Assembly: GCA_002269645.1 (NCBI GenBank)
Contig: NIVC01001021.1
Location: forward strand, 62,001-126,000
Direction: 5' to 3'
Length of the DNA stretch: 64,000 bases
Source: Macrostomum lignano
Lineage: Eukaryota
Below, piece after piece: positions 60,141-64,000 of this stretch. The notes below the pieces were generated by a model that was given only the letters and a program-made list of their open reading frames with translations, did no database searches and was not told where the DNA came from. Position 1 is the stretch's first letter. Each line of letters begins with the position of its first letter. Position numbers and translations under genes: made by a program.

Positions 60141-61294
60141 TTACAATAAACACGTTGCGGCTCTTACTTTTCTTGCCGCTGATTTGCCAAGTGCTACCGC
60201 TACAAAATCTACTCCGCCATTGTTGAGTTCATCATCCTTGTGGGAACCTACAACTAATAACGTCAGTAATTCTCGTCAAAACGGCCCTTTTGAGGGTTGC
60301 AGTCACCACGCCAAAAACGTGACAATCCTTTCGGTAGTTTTTCCATATTTTTGTCTCGATCTTTTTACTCATCAACAGAATTATGGCGGTGCCTTAAAGA
60401 TGTTAATGTTATCATGCTTTATTTAATTTTAGTTATTATTTATGACTATACTAGTATTTAGTACGAGTATATACGCTGTGTTCGCAAGTGTCTATGGTAC
60501 AGATTGCGTTTGTAAGTGTCTATGGTACAGATTGTGTTTGTAAGTGTAACAGGTCGTTTATCGGTAGTCTCTGAAAGGCCTCTCACGCTAACTACCTTAC
60601 ACGCCTGCTACCCCTCTGCCACGACAGACAGAAGCTTCGAAGAACTGAGACAAGTCCTTTCTTAGGTTTGAGCTCAAACTCTACTAAACTCTGCAGTGGA
60701 GAGCCTCGGCTCTTTCAATTGCATTGTATTTATAATGCTCGACATTGTGCTCGGGGGCAGCGTTGGGTGGTGGCGTGATATTTTTCCGCCCCACCCATCT
60801 TATTTGCTTTTTTGCATAGTTAGGCAGTTAGATAAATTAACACAGAGAGGGCACGCATTAACTTAGCTCAGTACATAATTGATAAGAAGCAAACCAAGCC
60901 CATTTCTAAGCCAGCTACAATGCCTGACCTGGCAGTGTTACCTTAAAAACAGGCACTTTGTGTGAACCGATGACACAAACTCGACTCGTTTGCAGTTTAA
61001 CGGTTCTCTTTGATTAATTAATTGCTATTCGACAGTCAATATACGGAAAATGTGCCATTTTCTGCGCTGGTTTTTGACCATAGGCCTGTTGATTTCACTG
61101 GTCTCCAAGTAAGTGCAGAAGCTGAACTGATAAAATCGATCAAATTGATTGTACTGAACTGCCAATGCACGAGCGTATCGAAAACTAATATGAGTTCATT
61201 TTTCCGTTTCACTCTGCAGTGAATATATTAGTTTTGTTTTAACTGACTCATAGAAGCCCTAATCATCTGTAGAATGTGTTAATAATATAATTGA

Positions 61295-62460
61295 TGTAAC
61301 CACGCTCTGGTCGCGGGATACGGCAGGGGAAATTTTTCAAAAGTACCTCCGATCTCCGTGCACCTCCTGAGCAGAGCCGTCGAGACTGGGCCAGGTCTTT
61401 GATCCTGTTGCACCCCCTGCTGCCTCGGCTCCGTCTCCCACGCCGCCTTTCCGGAGCCCCTATCTCTCTCTGTACCTCACCCGCTCCCCTATCTCCTATG
61501 CGCTCTACCCTATTCATTTTGTACCTTTCCCGATCCCCGTCTTTTTGTCTCTGTGCACTGTTTTCCTGCGCTGTCCCCCCTTTCACGGTGTCTACTTACA
61601 GTACTTTGTGAGCTCACCGTCACCCCACCCCTTCTAAAACTCCCAAACGGGGACGCAAGTCTGGTGACCCTTTCCCCTCGATGACTCATCGATGACTCAC
61701 CCCCCTCTTGCGCAACTTTTTCTCATGCCATTGTTCTCCTCCCCACATTTCTCATTCGACACCCACCTCACCTCCGCTTCTATTGTTCTCGTTTTCGATT
61801 CTTTTGTTCTCCTTTCGCACCCAATTATCACATTTTCCAGATTTTCTCTTTCTTTTGTTCCCATTTTCGCACCTAATTGGCACCTTTTCTTCAATGTTTG
61901 CTTTTCTATTGTTATCGTTTCTCCCCAATTATCCCCGATTTCCATTTCCTTTGTTCTCGACCCCAGCCCTATTGTTCTCAATGTTTGCTTGCGCAACACT
62001 TTCGCGACCTCCCGCTGCGCCAATTATCCGCCCATCCCACCTCCGGATTGCGCAATTTTCCCATTTCTCATGTTGCTTTGCCGTTCTCATGCTTCTCATC
62101 ATGACTCATTCTGACGTCATTCTGCCGGCAGCCAATCAGAGAGAGGGAGTCATGGAAACTACCTTGGAGCGGCGGCTGGGAAGGCTATTTAAGGAAGTGG
62201 TTTTCGGCATGAGAACCCTCAGAAGGTTATGTCTTGCTTCAACTGAGTAGAGACCTGTTTGTCTCCTCGTCCTTCTTTGGACCTGCTGTCAGACGCTGAT
62301 CTGACCCGTTCGTCAATAGGACGAACCTCTGCCGGCCAGCGGTCTGATACCGCCCAGCATCTTCAGCATCGCCTGAACTACATCCGCGCCTCGTCGCTTC
62401 AGCGCATCGCCGCTTCCCAGTCTGCCTGTCTGCAGCCAGCAGCCGCCCACGGTCACTCCA

Positions 62461-62521
<61 letters not shown>

Positions 62522-63407
62522 AGCTGCCGGTAAGTTTCTGTTACTAATTTGTGCTCTAATTGCCTTGCTTATCCGGGGTTTGCCTATTTTCCATTGCTTG
62601 ATTAGAGAGCTGAGCCAATTGTGATACCGTATTATTTGCTGTATTTATTCAATCGCGAAGCCGCCTAATTGCCTGATTATTTTGCCTAAGGGCCTAATTA
62701 TTAACCATTACTAAACTCCTCATTATTCACACTTCACCATCATTTAATTCATGGCTTGCTAAGCCTGTTTGGGTAAGCTAATGGCCTCTCCCCGTGCAAA
62801 GCCCGCCCGTGTGCGCGAGTGCTGCGGGTCTGAGTGTGCGTGCAGTAGAGGGAATTAGCGGGTCTTGGCACAGAATGGCAGTAGGAAGGTTGCAACCCCA
62901 TGCTAACGCGTCCCTTCGCCCTGAGCAATCTAAACTATAGCTAGTACATGTTCGCCTCACACTACTCTTAGTAATTAAAGCCGCAAGTCAGCCTCGCTGA
63001 CAGCCACAAAGGATCCCCTGCTGAGAAATCCTCCAGATTGAGCCCAGAGTTCCCGATCATGCCCCAAGCAGAGTCCCTGTACTCGGCTGCATGTGTCTCC
63101 CCTGTTAGCCTAAATCGCCTGGTAACCTGGTAACCTGGTAGCCAGGTCACATAGAGTGGTGGCAGCCACTCGGTCATGCTGTGACCGAGTGACCAACTAT
63201 TGCACCTTGGCTACAGGTGGGGTCCATGTGGGTCCTTGGCCCTCTGGTCACGAAAGCGCTACCAAAGCTATCAATCATGTGGGCGGGACAGTCTGGTGCT
63301 GGAGGTCCGTCAGGTCATTGCCCGGTCATAGGTAGCCTACGGTCATTGCCCCCTCTGGTCATGCGTTCGTCTCTCAACGAAGCGGACGGGCGACAAGGGC
63401 GGTTACA
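61295..63407. mobile_element. Probable LTR-retrotransposon-derived segment (LTR-like ends and promoter motifs)
   Basis: TGTAACC...GGTTACA inverted ends; PBS-like TGGTGACCC ~61658; TGACGTCA 62112, CCAAT 62132, TATTTAA 62186. No matching TSD and no pol motifs found. Confidence 0.35.
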
Positions 63408-64000
63408 TCATAATATTGAATAGATAATATAGGCCTTAATTATTTCATTAACTTGTTCGAATTCTCGCGGTTAATTCTTGATAACAAATGCGATCTGAGT
63501 TCGTATCTGTGACTCTCCCATTTGGTCCATTTTTGCAGAAACTTATGAACTCTTCATCACTCGTTCAGATGGTAAACTTCTCTTATCTTGCCTTAAATTT
63601 AAGGCTGTTTGAAGTCTAAAAATACGCGAGATTACTTGAGTATACGACCTACGACACTGTACTGTTCTGTGACACTGTTTAACTTTGTTTATCGAATTTA
63701 CAGAATACTGCAATCGGTAGCTGCTGTATCCGGATTCCAAAAAAGAGAACCTGGTCTGAACAGCTGATGACGCGTACGCGCTTTCAAATGATTCGAGCTA
63801 GATTCAGTTGTGCTCCCGTCCCACTGACAATAACGGACTTTTGGGATGGATATAAGCCGTATTATTAGTTATACACTCTTTTATCGATAGTACTTTCCAC
63901 ATATACTAAATACCTGTTGTAAATACCCTTAGTATTTGTGGTACCTTCTGTGACCTCGGTGATGTATTACCATTTAGTAACTAAGGTCGAGGTTCTCATC

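Larger units (their letters stand above)
50647..60324 (+). mobile_element. Solo LTR (~850 bp: 50647-51316 plus 60141-60324), split by the Helitron array
   Basis: Termini TGTGACGTT...AACGTGACA; 4-bp TSD ATCC at 50643-50646 and 60325-60328; AATAAA at 60145. Removing it restores colinearity with the paralogous segment at 47185-47390. Confidence 0.75.

Noticed and set aside
60545-63407. Pairing TGTAACA (60545) or TGTAACC (61295) with GGTTACA (63407) as a complete LTR element
   Set aside because: The flanks give no target-site duplication and there are no gag or pol motifs; kept only as a low-confidence LTR-like segment.

Overview
Eukaryotic (metazoan) genomic DNA. CpG-rich, Ala/Gln-rich exons, GT-AG introns packed with minisatellites and a flatworm-type RFamide gene suggest a flatworm such as Macrostomum; this is an inference only. 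All five host genes are on the + strand. (1) A 7-exon NRF-6/OACYL-family acyltransferase, 1812-10857, with an apparent 1-nt frameshift in exon 1. (2) A secreted protein with two C-type-lectin domains, 12899-16252. (3) A single-exon Cys-containing secreted peptide precursor ending KPPGIW, 22394-22687. (4) A large, mostly disordered LIM-domain protein of EPLIN/Xin type, 31915-46071. (5) A single-exon RFamide precursor ending WGSIMRF-GKR, 49369-49608, with a CRE/CCAAT/TATA promoter. The rest is transposon- and repeat-derived: two abutting IS630-Tc1-mariner deletion derivatives, a decayed Gypsy element, a hAT-type MITE, and a 4.9-kb element with 524-bp TIRs and an 8-bp TSD carrying two MITEs whose cores are inverted relative to each other. 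There are also two tRNA-derived SINEs and a head-to-tail triple array of non-autonomous Helitrons nested in a solo LTR. About 15 unrelated minisatellites occur, mostly with 20-24 bp units, one in nearly every large intron. Most long ORFs in the supplied track (27952-29528, 41401-42326, 51470-58851) are repeat artefacts. All coordinates were read by eye; no database search was run.
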